Position numbers and translations under genes: made by a program. A DNA stretch of 49,209 nt, taken from Amoebophrya sp. A120 (lineage: Eukaryota; Protista; Dinoflagellata). The first letter of the stretch is position 1, and every line of letters starts with the position of its first letter. Shown piece after piece: positions 35,187 through 47,883 of this stretch. The notes under the pieces were generated by a model, which saw nothing but the letters and a program-made list of their open reading frames with translations, was not told the origin of the DNA and did no database searches. The stretch is from NCBI GenBank assembly GCA_905178155.1, contig CAJINV010000006.1:1-49209 (forward strand), read 5' to 3'.

Positions 35187-37287
35187 CTATTGTGTTGGGA
35201 ACCGACGGTGAGAACGGACTCTCCTCGCGAATTCCGACGAGTTTTTCACTTCGTACTGCAGTTGCGGATACCGGATGTCCCAGGTTTTCCTCGTGGCCGC
35301 CTGCTGCAGTGACGGTTGCTCTGCTGGTGCCGCACTTTTTGCCGGCACGCTCGCGGCCGGCTCAACACTTGGGCCAGCGGGTTCCTCAGCGACGGTGTGC
35401 GGGTCTGCTTCCTGCTTTCCCGAGGACGCGCTGCTCCGGCCGCTGGTATTTATTTCCGCGCACACGACTTGCGCCGTTGGGTCGGAGGTGTCGTTATGCA
35501 CTGCAAAAATGTCTGGGTCTGGAAGCAGGATGGAACTTGTAATGCTAATTCTGGATCGTGCAAAAATCTGTGTTGCATGAATGCCAAAAGTTGTCCACTT
35601 TTGACCAAGTTGAGAGGAAGTTTCTCATGCAGGATAGGAATGATACGGATCTCACAGAATGATCTGTCATGCTAGGTCCTGCATTCCAGACGCTATAGTT
35701 CATGGAAAATCTGCATGACAAGGCGCACAACCTTCCAGACCCAGACATTTTTGCATTTGATAGTCGTCTCCAGTCGGACCACCGCCTTTTGTCGTGGTAG
35801 GGTCGGTGGTGGCGGGAGGATTCTCGTTATGCGTGGTGGTTGGGCCGCTGCCTGTAGTTCCACACAGAGGGAGCACGGGGACGTCGACCAGTTGTGGCAC
35901 CACCATGTGTGTACTGACAGCCCTTATCAAAATGAAAAATCCCCCTTCCCCAGGTCGAAACGGCACGCCTCAGAAAATTTGTAATGCTGATTTGTGACCA
36001 CAAATCGCGCCTGTCTTGTAAGAAAGCAACGCCACAGACAACCGCCCCATTATGCAGGCAGTTTGTAGTAATGCTGGTGGGCCTACAGCATAGACGCTCC
36101 TCATGCTACAGTGCCTAGGCCAAAACCTCTGTACCCTGGCATGATATGGCCATGCAATCCTCCACTGCAAGACAAAGGCGATTTGTGGCCACAAATCAGC
36201 ATTACAAATTTCCGTTTCGATATGGGGAGGGGGGATTTTTGCTCGCGATAGCCCTGCAGCAAGGGCACTTGAGCGGATTTTTCACGTGCTGGACGCGCGG
36301 GAGGATTTGCCCAGGAGAACGGAATATGCACTGCAAAAATGTCTGGGTCTGGAAACGTGTGATGCAAGAAGTCCGTCAATGACAAATGCACTGTAATGCG
36401 CGGCCAAGTATGACAAGTTTGTTTGAGCTTCTGTTCTGCGTACTTACTCCGCATCAGAAACTGCGTTTTTGTATGACAGGTGAGAGAGGCAGAGGCTGTT
36501 TTCTGGCCACGCAATACAGATTTGAGGGCCATGCCAGACCAGCATGGCAAGTCTCGCGAGCTCTCAGACCCAGACATATTTGCATTCGATACGGATCCGC
36601 ACTTCCCGCGTTGTGACCACGGTGGATTCATAGTCCTTTATGCAGGCCGTGTGGAAGACGTGGCCGCAGGTATCCTATGCAAAAACGTCCCCAGCACCCC
36701 AGAGTTGTCATGCAAATCTGCATGCTGAAAATGTTTCCCATGCGGAGCCCCATGAGAAGCATTTTTCGCTAGTCGAGTTTTTAGAATTTGTGATGCTCAA
36801 ACCAGCATAAGGCGCTAGATTTGTAACGCTGTTGCACTAGCTAAACACGACTACACTTCTGCCAGCCCAAACTTGTCATGCGTAACAGCCAAAGCTTGTC
36901 GATTTGTCTTGCAGATTTCCCAACTTGACTATGCCTATGGGATGGGGACGTTTTTACATATGATAGCAGGGGATCAGCTGGGACACCTGGTCGTCCGGAT
37001 CCATGATGTCCAAACAGATTTTATGGCGTTCTCAACTGTTACATCCTCAACTGTTACACGAATTTGTTATGCAAGAATGGCAAACAAAGTGAAAGGACGG
37101 AGCTTGCGCGTCTTGCATGACAGATTTGGTACAGATTTAGACGCTGTTATTACAGCCATTCGAGAACTTGTCATGCGAAGCAGCTGGATCGTCTGGTGGC
37201 TCATGGTCATTTTGCATGACAAGTCAGGTAGCAGTTGAGAATGTAACGTTTGAGAACGCCATAGATTTGGCATTCTGGCTGCAGCAT
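35187..37287 (-). CDS. RING-H2 (C3H2C3) finger protein, putative E3 ubiquitin ligase; 6 exons
   Basis: Spliced MLQPECQI|CLDIMDPDDQVSQLIPC|GHVFHTACIKDY..RIR|SPGQ..NPLKCPCCRA|VSTHMVVPQ..GDD|TSDPTAQ..FPTQ*. All eight zinc ligands are recovered. Confidence 0.85.
35495..35762. mobile_element. Introner, family A
   Basis: Family A TIRs; perfect TSD gtcgt. Confidence 0.93.
35925..36250. mobile_element. Introner, family C
   Basis: Family C TIRs; perfect TSD gccct. Confidence 0.92.
36325..36591. mobile_element. Introner, family A
   Basis: Family A TIRs; TSD cggaa/cggat. Confidence 0.9.
36671..36965. mobile_element. Introner, family B
   Basis: Family B TIRs; perfect TSD gcagg. Confidence 0.92.
37022..37263. 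mobile_element. Introner, family G
   Basis: tatggcgttctcaactgttacatcctcaactg ... cagttgagaatgtaacgtttgagaacgccata; perfect TSD gattt. Confidence 0.92.
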
Positions 37288-38303
37288 CTTGTTGTTCGCG
37301 CGTAGTTGATGTACTAGTAGAAGCTTGTAAATAAAAAACTGGATGAAGCTGTAGTACTGCTGCTGCTGCTGCTGCTTAGCAGCAGCTGTTCGCCACGTCT
37401 GCTTTCCTAAATGCACCACTCTGCTGCAGCTCCGCCTGGCACTGTGAGCTCTTCGACTTCTAGGAGCATTGAAACAACGTAAATGACGACCACGAGAAGT
37501 CGGTGGTGTGATTCATTTCACTGCAAGCAGAAGTTTAGAAGTATTGTAAAGCTAAACTTCTCGTCGTTGTCGTCGTCGTCCTGGAACTTTTGCAGCTAGA
37601 GAAGTCGTGTTTCGCCTCCCCTCCACACTCCGGCTCCTTCGCTCTCTCTCTCTCTCTCTTTGTCTTCTGATGTTCTTCCGTAAATCGGTCTGTCTCATTT
37701 CACTTTCTCGTACTGATTTTGATCATGTAGCCGTCTGCAATTTTCTACAGAAAATCTCCTTGGTGACAAACAGCAGAGGGAGTTCTTGCACAGGAAAGCA
37801 GTTCTTGCACCGCTAGAGACGGGTTTCTTCTTCAAAGCATCCAGTTTCTAGCCTGATATTTCTGTAGTTTCTGTCTGGTGGTTCTCGTCCTGGGAAATTG
37901 GAAGGATAGGACAACGACATCAAGAACCTTACCCTGCGAATTAGATTTTACCGACGGTTTCTCGTAAAGTAAACCGTTGTTGATAAAAGAGCATCTTATT
38001 CATTATTTCAGCCACCTCTACGACTGACGTCACAGCGAATAGTTCGTTTATGATTTAGTGTAGTAGTGCCCTATTCTTCTAAGAACTGTGGTATGGAAAT
38101 GGAAAAGAAATGCACGGCGATCGCGAGTGCAGTTCGATGCTTGTGCTGCTTTCACATCGATGAAAACTGCAGTTCAATGCAAGAATGGCAATATGACAAT
38201 AAGCAAATCTTCATCCTTATCCGCATCTTCATACCAAAGTAAATAATCTTCAACATCCTTATCCGCATTTACCTCGCGGCCACTCTCATGCATAATTCGC
38301 AAA

Positions 38304-39447
38304 CTACGCTCTTCTCGTTAATAAAATACGTTTTTGCCGGGCACCTTGCGATCGTGGCGCTATTTCTCTTTCCATACTCCTCACATGCTATCATACGAAA
38401 AAAGTGTTTCCCTGTAAGGATTTTGCAAGTTGTGCATCACATGAAACAGAAAATCTGCCATGCGCGCTTCCCAATTTAAACCGCTCCTAAAAGTCCAATG
38501 TCTTGCGGGTGTAGCAAGACAGATACTTCTGTGTTCCATTCTATGCATCACAAGTTCACAGTGAAACAGTTTTTTCTTGTGATACATGCGACTCAATCTC
38601 CGTCCACTCTGGAGCCCGGTAGCGGTGCCCCGTGCCTTGCAGCAACACAGACGTGCAGCGGCCGGAAGACAGGAAGCCCGAGGCCGCCAGGTCACTTGCG
38701 TATCAAATGTAAAAGTGTCTGGGTCTGGAAGAATGCGAAATTTGTTATGCTGTTTTTGCATGACACAGAATGTCTGTCATGGAAGCCCTAGCATCACAGA
38801 TCTTTAGAGGCCTTCCTGATACCTGTGCTGCATGACAAATGCCCTCCACGCGTAGCACAAACCGGACTCCTTTTGCTGGTCATGCAATACAGAATTTTTT
38901 AGAGTCCAAAGTTAGCATCACAAGTTCCAACCTTCCACACCCAGACATTTTTGGAATCCATATTGCGGCCTGGCAGTCGATGATTTTGTCCTCGTCGCCG
39001 TGGAGAATCAGCACTTTTGGTCGACTATCAAGTGCAGAAATGTCTGGGTCTGGAAGGATGTAGCTTGTGATGCGCATTTCAGAACACACAAAAATCTCTG
39101 ATGCATAGGCAGCAAAAGCTGCTCACTTTCTCTCACCAAAATGGGTGACTTGTCATGCGGATTCGGCATTGCGGAAGCTTCTCGAAACCTGTGATGCTAG
39201 AGCTTCCATGCCAGACCTTCTGTGTCATGCAGAAACAGCATCACTATTCCAGACCCAGACATTTTTACATTTGATATCGACGCGGTGAAAAAACAGACGA
39301 ATTATCGGTGCTGGCAACACGACCCGGAAAAGATCCCGCTCGTTTCTCCTTGCCACCAGTTCTTTCTGCAATCTCGACTTTCACACTGCTTGTTGCAACA
39401 TCCGTGCTACAGTTTTTATCTGCGGCGGATGAAGCCGGCGCGTCGAG
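38304..39447 (-). CDS. C-terminal part of an alpha/beta-hydrolase; 5' part rearranged or lost in the gap (possible pseudogene)
   Basis: Spliced SPRR|PKVLILHGDEDKIIDCQAA|SDLAASGFLSSGRCTSVLLQGTGHRYRAPEWTEIESH|VRSMERE..RRA*. HGDED (catalytic Asp) and GTGH (catalytic His) motifs are present; no GxSxG was found. Confidence 0.72.
38389..38584. mobile_element. Introner, family E (opposite orientation to 9821)
   Basis: Family E TIRs; perfect TSD catgc. Confidence 0.92.
38701..38962. mobile_element. Introner, family A
   Basis: Family A TIRs; perfect TSD ttgcg. Confidence 0.92.
39026..39276. mobile_element. Introner, family A (duplicated at 41396-41646 and 43638-43888)
   Basis: Family A TIRs; perfect TSD tcgac. 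Confidence 0.92.
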
Positions 39448-39523
39448 TATCCTGTGTAAAAACGTGTCCATACCAGAGTCGAGATGGGAAATCTGCTAGA
39501 CAAATCAACCAGCTGTGGTTGCT

Positions 39524-40165
39524 NNNNNNNNNNNNNNNNNNNNNNNNNNNNNNNNNNNNNNNNNNNNNNNNNNNNNNNNNNNNNNNNNNNNNNNNNNNNN
39601 NNNNNNNNNNNNNNNNNNNNNNNNNNNNNNNNNNNNNNNNNNNNNNNNNNNNNNNNNNNNNNNNNNNNNNNNNNNNNNNNNNNNNNNNNNNNNNNNNNNN
39701 NNNNNNNNNNNNNNNNNNNNNNNNNNNNNNNNNNNNNNNNNNNNNNNNNNNNNNNNNNNNNNNNNNNNNNNNNNNNNNNNNNNNNNNNNNNNNNNNNNNN
39801 NNNNNNNNNNNNNNNNNNNNNNNNNNNNNNNNNNNNNNNNNNNNNNNNNNNNNNNNNNNNNNNNNNNNNNNNNNNNNNNNNNNNNNNNNNNNNNNNNNNN
39901 NNNNNNNNNNNNNNNNNNNNNNNNNNNNNNNNNNNNNNNNNNNNNNNNNNNNNNNNNNNNNNNNNNNNNNNNNNNNNNNNNNNNNNNNNNNNNNNNNNNN
40001 NNNNNNNNNNNNNNNNNNNNNNNNNNNNNNNNNNNNNNNNNNNNNNNNNNNNNNNNNNNNNNNNNNNNNNNNNNNNNNNNNNNNNNNNNNNNNNNNNNNN
40101 NNNNNNNNNNNNNNNNNNNNNNNNNNNNNNNNNNNNNNNNNNNNNNNNNNNNNNNNNNNNNNNNN
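39524..40165. other. Assembly gap
   Basis: Run of N. Confidence 1.
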
Positions 40166-43100
40166 NGCGGGCGCCGTCAACGCGCAGCAGCCCGGGCCCA
40201 GCGTCCCGATTTAATCGGCGAAACAGGTTGGGCCAAGGCGCTCTCCCGGCCGATTCTATCGTCGAAACAGGTCGCGCGGAGGTGTTTCGACGTCGAAACA
40301 CCTTCGCCCGAGCTGTTTCGCCGCTAGAATCGGGAAACACAGCCTGGTTGGCTCTCGTCTGCGCAGCCTTTTCTTTCTTGGCCGGCCCCCGTTCCAGAGG
40401 TTTTTCCCAGGCGGGCGATACCTCTGCGTTGGAGGTGGGGCCGCACCTTTCTTGGCCTTGCGAGCGGGACACGCACTGCCGCTGTGCGACAACGTGTGTG
40501 CCTGCCCAATTCATATACGTGTTATTTTTGAGTCATGGTTGGCGCAGAGCCCGTGGGGCTCACGGCCACCGAGACCACCACGCGTTTCTTGGAAGGCAGG
40601 AGTGAATGGAAGGCCAGCAACCTCGGGCGCTCGGCGAGTCGGTATTGGCAAGGCGCCCGGCCGCGCTATGGAGCGCGGCTGCATGCTCTGTATCTGTTTG
40701 CGTTTGGTATGCGGACATAGATATGCGTGCGCTTGTCTTGCTATGTGAATTGCTCACTGGTGGCCGTGCTCTATATGTTCTCTTCCGCCCTCGTCCTTCC
40801 CGGGGGCGTAGAGCCTTATTTCCAAATGGGACGCCACAGTGAAAATCCCACCTGGTAAGAGCGGTAGGAAAGTAGTGAGGCCGACGAGATCGGGCGTGAA
40901 TCGCGCCGGCGCCTGCACGTGCACAGAGCCCTTTTTGCGGCGTTTGAGGTGCCCCGCCGGGCTCTGCAGCGCACTCGTTTCCGCTGGCTATCGTGAATAT
41001 TTTCCGATAGCTATCGTAGTCGCGATGGTACCGGAATAAATGAGTGTGCGTCCATAGCTGTTATGCAACACAGATTTTTACTTGCTTCAGAATCTGCATC
41101 ACAGGTCTGCATCCTTCCAGTCGGAGTCCAGGGGGGGGTATTTGCAATGCATAGAATTCCGATTCGTCAAACGGGTACTTGGGTCCTGATACCTGTGCTG
41201 CATGACAAATGCCCTCCACGCGTAGCACAAACCGGACTCCTTTTGCTGGTCATGCAATACAGAATTTTTTAGAGTCCAAAGTTAGCATCACAAGTTCCAA
41301 CCTTCCACACCCAGACATTTTTGGAATCCATATTGCGGCCTGGCAGTCGATGATTTTGTCCTCGTCGCCGTGGAGAATCAGCACTTTTGGTCGACTATCA
41401 AGTGCAGAAATGTCTGGGTCTGGAAGGATGTAGCTTGTGATGCGCATTTCAGAACACACAAAAATCTCTGATGCATAGGCAGCAAAAGCTGCTCACTTTC
41501 TCTCACCAAAATGGGTGACTTGTCATGCGGATTCGGCATTGCGGAAGCTTCTCGAAACCTGTGATGCTAGAACTTCCATGCCAGACCTTCTGTGTCATGC
41601 AGAAACAGCATCACTATTCCAGACCCAGACATTTTTACATTTGATATCGACGCGGTGAAAAAACAGACGAATTATCGGTGCTGGCAACACGACCCGGAAA
41701 AGATCCCGCTCGTTTCTCCTTGCCACCAGTTCTTTCTGCAATCTCGACTTTCACACTGCTTGTTGCAACATCCGTGCTACAGTTTTTATCTGCGGCGGAT
41801 GAAGCCGGCGCGTCGAGTATCCTGTGTAAAAACGTGTCCATACCAGAGTCGAGATGGGAAATCTGCTAGACAAATCAACCAGCTGTGGTTGCTTCACATG
41901 ACAAATTTGTCCTTGTAGTGCAATCCTGTTTCAGTAGTTGAGCAGCATATACAGATCTAGCATATAATCAGGGTGAGACTAGAAAATGCTTCTCCTGGGG
42001 CTCCGCATGAGAAACTTTTTTGGCATGCAGATTTGCATGAGAACTCTGGCGTGGGGACATTTTTAATCAGGATCATATCGAGGAACGCTTCCAGGTGTCG
42101 GCACTTCAGATTGATGCCGCCGCGTTTGATGGCGTTGTTCAGTCGCTGCTTGAATTCCGCTTCGTCAAACGGGTACTTGGATCCGTGGTAGAGCGGCAGC
42201 ATCTGGTTTTGCAGGGTTTGGAGTTGTTGGATTCTGCTTTTCGGCAGGCGCCCGGCTCCTTTGTTTCGCCTCTTTCTTCGACGCTTGCCACTGCCAGCAC
42301 GCGCTGGCCGGGCGGCTTTTCTCGTCAAGTTCCGCCGGCAATAGGTTATGGACAGCTGTGGCCCTGTGCCGCGGAGTTTTCCCCCATTTCCTGTTCTGTT
42401 TCTGTCCCGCGGGCGCCGTCAACGCGCAGCAGCCCGGGCCCAGCGTCCCGATTTAATCGGCGAAACAGGTTGGGCCAAGGCGCTCTCCCGGCCGATTCTA
42501 TCGTCGAAACAGGTCGCGCGGAGGTGTTTCGACGTCGAAACACCTTCGCCCGAGCTGTTTCGCCGCTAGAATCGGGAACCACAGCCTGGTTGGCTCTCGT
42601 CTGCGCAGCCTTTTCTTTCTTGGCCGGCCCCCGTTCCAGAGGTTTTTCCCAGGCGGGCGATACCTCTGCGTTGGAGGTGGGGCCGCACCTTTCTTGGCCT
42701 TGCGAGCGGGACACGCACTGCCGCTGTGCGACAACGTGTGTGCCTGCCCAATTCATATACGTGTTATTTTTGAGTCATGGTTGGCGCAGAGCCCGTGGGG
42801 CTCACGGCCACCGAGACCACCACGCGTTTCTTGGAAGGCAGGAGTGAATGGAAGGCCAGCAACCTCGGGCGCTCGGCGAGTCGGTATTGGCAAGGCGCCC
42901 GGCCGCGCTATGGAGCGCGGCTGCATGCTCTGTATCTGTTTGCGTTTGGTATGCGGACATAGATATGCGTGCGCTTGTCTTGCTATGTGAATTGCTCACT
43001 GGTGGCCGTGCTCTATATGTTCTCTTCCGCCCTCGTCCTTCCCGGGGGCGTAGAGCCTTATTTCCAAATGGGACGCCACAGTGAAAATCCCACCTGGTAA

Positions 43101-44059
43101 GAGCGGTAGGAAAGTAGTGAGGCCGACGAGATCGGGCGTGAATCGCGCCGGCGCCTGCACGTGCACAGAGCCCTTTTTGCGGCGTTTGAGGTGCCCCGCC
43201 GGGCTCTGCAGCGCACTCGTTTCCGCTGGCTATCGTGAATATTTTCCGATAGCTATCGTAGTCGCGATGGTACCGGAATAAATGAGTGTGCGTCCATAGC
43301 TGTTATGCAACACAGATTTTTACTTGCTTCAGAATCTGCATCACAGGTCTGCATCCTTCCAGTCGGAGTCCAGGGGGGGGTATTTGCAATGCATAGAATT
43401 CCGATTCGTCAAACGGGTACTTGGGTCCTGATACCTGTGCTGCATGACAAATGCCCTCCACGCGTAGCACAAACCGGACTCCTTTTGCTGGTCATGCAAT
43501 ACAGAATTTTTTAGAGTCCAAAGTTAGCATCACAAGTTCCAACCTTCCACACCCAGACATTTTTGGAATCCATATTGCGGCCTGGCAGTCGATGATTTTG
43601 TCCTCGTCGCCGTGGAGAATCAGCACTTTTGGTCGACTATCAAGTGCAGAAATGTCTGGGTCTGGAAGGATGTAGCTTGTGATGCGCATTTCAGAACACA
43701 CAAAAATCTCTGATGCATAGGCAGCAAAAGCTGCTCACTTTCTCTCACCAAAATGGGTGACTTGTCATGCGGATTCGGCATTGCGGAAGCTTCTCGAAAC
43801 CTGTGATGCTAGAGCTTCCATGCCAGACCTTCTGTGTCATGCAGAAACAGCATCACTATTCCAGACCCAGACATTTTTACATTTGATATCGACGCGGTGA
43901 AAAAACAGACGAATTATCGGTGCTGGCAACACGACCCGGAAAAGATCCCGCTCGTTTCTCCTTGCCACCAGTTCTTTCTGCAATCTCGACTTTCACACTG
44001 CTTGTTGCAACATCCGTGCTACAGTTTTTATCTGCGGCGGATGAAGCCGGCGCGTCGAG

Positions 44060-44316
44060 TATCCTGTGTAAAAACGTGTCCATACCAGAGTCGAGATGGG
44101 AAATCTGCTAGACAAATCAACCAGCTGTGGTTGCTTCACATGACAAATTTGTCCTTGTAGTGCAATCCTGTTTCAGTAGTTGAGCAGCATATACAGATCT
44201 AGCATATAATCAGGGTGAGACTAGAAAATGCTTCTCCTGGGGCTCCGCATGAGAAACTTTTTTGGCATGCAGATTTGCATGAGAACTCTGGCGTGGGGAC
44301 ATTTTTAATCAGGATA
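44060..44316. mobile_element. Introner, family B (duplicated at 41818-42077 and 39448-gap)
   Basis: Family B TIRs; perfect TSD tcgag. Confidence 0.9.
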
Positions 44317-44800
44317 TCGAGGAACGCTTCCAGGTGTCGGCACTTCAGATTGATGCCGCCGCGTTTGATGGCGTTGTTCAGTCGCTGCTTGAATTCCGCT
44401 TCGTCAAACGGGTACTTGGATCCGTGGTAGAGCGGCAACATCTGGTTTTGCAGGGTTTGGAGTTGTTGGAGCTTTTTTCTTCTTGCAGGTCATGCATACG
44501 CTGCAGACATCTCTGCATCATCTGGAAAGATGCAGCCTGTAGCCCGTATTTTGCACTCCTGCAAAACCTGCGCTGCACAACCTGGAGAACGCAGCTCGTA
44601 GTGCGTGCCGTGTTCGAGAAAGCGCCATAAACAAAAAATGCCGCGCCTGCCTGTGCTCAGAAGCTGTGGAAGCACACGTACTTCGATCAGCGTTCCAAGC
44701 TTCGCCCAGACCCACTCAAGTTCTCCGATGATATTTTCTAACCCTATATCCTTACATGTGCTAGCGAGATCCACGAGGCGCAGGCACCAGCTCGGGAAGA

Positions 44801-45047
44801 TATCAACTGCAAACATAACTGGCTCTGGTTCTGGAGGTGGTCACGCAGGTTCATTGGTTCATCCTATTTGTTTGCCTCTGCATCACAAATTTTTAGCGCT
44901 TGGCTTATCCTTGGTTATCCGTGCATCACAAGTTTTTGGCTATCCTTGCTCGCAGGTGGTTATTGCTATTGGTTTATCCTTGCATCACAAATTTTTAGCG
45001 AGTTTGCAGCTCTCCAGACCCAGAGACATATATATTTGCAGTGGATA
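44801..45047. mobile_element. Introner, degenerate family A with internal tgcatcacaa repeats
   Basis: tatcaactgcaaacata ... tatttgcagtggata; no TSD. Confidence 0.7.
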
Positions 45048-45979
45048 TGGCTTGCGGGAGTATGTTTTTATAGATGAGGTCCTTTTCCCGAAATCGGTTG
45101 CGTCACGCCGCTCCTTCGCCACCGCCCAACTTCAACAGATTTTGGAGATCCACGCCGCAGCCCTGGGCGAGAGCAGGTCGGAGCACCTTTTTGTGTCAGT
45201 TTTTCTTGATGGATACCGGAGGAGAACGAGAAGCTTTGCACAGCTCTAATCAATGTATTAGTTTAACAATGTTGACAGAGCAACAACATCCATTTTCCAA
45301 AACAAAAACACGAACTCATGACCGTTTCGTTCTCCGGGTCCGTGGCGTAGAAGTTGCTGGCGCTTCAAAGGTGGATTCTCAACAGCGGCCGCACTCGAAC
45401 CAACTGCGCGCTCCCAGAATTCCGCAGCGCTAGTACTCTTCTCCGAACGTCACAGCTATCTCCTCGGCCCCTAACGAACCTTCTCTCAACTTTTACTTTA
45501 TTCGAAGGTCGTTTGCAAAAATTACAAATGTCCGTTCTTGTGAGACCCTTACCAGCGTAGCCGCTAATAACGGTTTTGCGAGTAGAGCGGCAGCATCTGG
45601 TTTTGCAGGGTTTGGAGTTGTTGGAACGCGTCCCGCAGCCAGATCCGCAGCCTAGGGAGGGACATTTGGGTCTAGCTGCTTAGCATTACAAACGGCTGTC
45701 CTCTAAGCCCAACAGCATGCCAAAGCGCTTCCATAATGGCGCGGAAGCCTCTGCATTTGTCTTCTTGCAAGACAGACGTGATTTGTGGTCTCAAATCAGC
45801 AAGACAAATATTCGGAAGCACGCCTTTTCGATATGGGGAGGGGGGATTTTTCCTCTCAATACTTACCCTAGCCTACTAACTAGCGTTCTCGGACGCTGCG
45901 TCTGCTATATCAAATGTTTTGTGCAATCTGCCATCGGTGTAAACAACAAATATACAAGTACGTTATCTCGTCGCTTTCC

Positions 45980-46294
45980 TATTACAATGAAAAATGCCCC
46001 CACCCCCGAACTTGAAAGCATTTGTATTGCAAATCTTTCCAAATGAATATGAAACATTCGCCCTCTTGCGTGTATCAGCATCACAGATTTCCGATCGTGA
46101 ATAGCAAAAATTTGTATTGCAAAAGATCCCAGCAAGAGCGGTGCTTGTCATGCAAGCGATGCGAAACACGACTAGAATTATCTGCATCAGAAAGATTCTT
46201 ACTCCTTTCATGCATGACAAAAAGCTTTCATTTGGAAACTTCGCATCACAAATTGTTGCAATTTCAGGGGTGGGGGGCATTTTTCCCTTTGATA
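45980..46294. mobile_element. Introner, B-like family
   Basis: tattacaatgaaaaatgcccc ... ggggcatttttccctttgata; perfect TSD tttcc. Confidence 0.9.
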
Positions 46295-46751
46295 TTTCCT
46301 CGCGCTGGTTTTCGTCCTCGTTTCTCCCGCGCTGCTCCGGAGGCGAGCAAGTGGAGCGCCATGCTTATCATCTGCAAAAATGTCTGGGTCTGGAAACTTG
46401 TGTTGCTGATACTTGCATTGCAAACTTGCTGCTTGTACGGCGTAACAGCATGAGAAATTTCCCTCAGCTCCTTGCCGATTCATTCGTCTTTAGCATTACA
46501 AACTGTTAGGAACAACAGCTGCGCGGTGGATCCGGCTGGACCACGAGGACCTTATCAAATGCAAAAATGTCTGGGTCTGGAAACTTGTGATGCTGTGTGG
46601 CGTATCATGAGGAGGCGACAATTGCTGGCTCAGCATGGCAAGTTTCTGAGCTTCTAGGTGTTGCCTATTCTGCATGGTAGAGCGGCAGCATCTGGTTTTG
46701 CAGGGTTTGGAGTTGTTGGAACGCGTCCCGCCCTGTTTTGCTCCACACACC

Positions 46752-47024
46752 TATTGGAAGGAAATATTCCCCCTCCCCATATCGAAAAGAAAATTTGTGC
46801 TGCTGATTCTTGACTTTGTCTTGCGCACAAGGCAGTCTGTCATGCAGTTTCGCCTATGTCGGACTTGTTTCTCATGCTCAGCTGCTAGCCGGATGCGGAT
46901 CCAAAAGGGCTTAGAATATGCCGACAAGCTGCTCTCGCTGCAATACAAAGCTCATTTGTATACACAAATCCAGCAACACAAATTGTCTTTTGAATACGGG
47001 GTGGGGTCTTTTTTCTCTTTGATA
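46752..47024. mobile_element. Introner, family C
   Basis: TSD acacc/acgcc; empty site at 48299-48303. Confidence 0.9.
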
Positions 47025-47094
47025 ACGCCATAGCGGCTCAGCGTGCCACTGGCCTGAAGGGCGGTCAGCTTGCCCCGCAACTCGATGACCTGGG

Positions 47095-47311
47095 TATCGT
47101 GAGAAAAAAGTGCTTCCCTGTAAGGATTTTGGCAGGTTTGCATCACAAATTGGTAATACACATGACAAAGAAAACTTGCCATGCGAGGTTCCTAGGCGAA
47201 AACAGAGCTAAAAACTCAATGTCTTGCATGTGTAGCAAGACAAACGCGTCTTTGTTCCATTCTATGCATCACATATTTATTACAGTGAAACAGTTTTTAT
47301 TTCTCGCGATA
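47095..47311. mobile_element. Introner, family E
   Basis: Perfect TSD ctggg; empty site at ~48364-48368. Confidence 0.92.
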
Positions 47312-47883
47312 CTGGGGGTCGGTCGTGTACTTGGACAACCGGTCCTCGGGCAGCACTGCAGATGAACCGTCTGGGCTGGTTGCGGCGGAGGTTTTCTTCA
47401 CTGGGTTCTCCGCCTCGTTCTGCTCTTCGCTGCTGCGCGCGCCAGCATAAGGGGCAGTTGACCAGACGGCACACATGTCGCAGCACAATTCTCTTCCACA
47501 AACCGCTTCCGCGGGAGCACGCAGCGTCTGGCTGCTTTCACGAGTTGCACGGCTTTCGGTAGCGCTTGTTTCTCAGTCCTAATCCTGCCTCCCGCCCGCG
47601 GCTCTTGCGCCTCGACCAGCGCGCGGCCCAAGCTGTCCCACAGAGCTGGGTAGCTGACCACCGGCTCTCCTGTTTTGCTGCTCACCCCCACTGCGGCACG
47701 CATGGCTTGCGAGACTGCGCCTGGCTGCTGCAGTACTTCTTCCGCCCGTTGCACTTCCCTCATTGCTGGCGGCGCGTCCGCACCGCCCGGACCCGCAACA
47801 GGAGCCCCTGCTCCAGCGCCGGCCTGCTGCTCTTGCTCGTTGACCTCACCGATTCGCAGGACTAGTTCCACCGCGGCACGGAT

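Larger units (their letters stand above)
38814..44470 (+). repeat. Tandem amplification D-X-D-X-D, period 2242 bp
   Basis: D (~1045 bp) at 38814-gap, 41184-42231 and 43426-44470; X (1194 bp) at gap-41183 and 42232-43425. Confidence 0.9.

Noticed and set aside
39222-40605. Long ORFs of 254-377 aa
   Set aside because: They are open only because they cross the N-gap.
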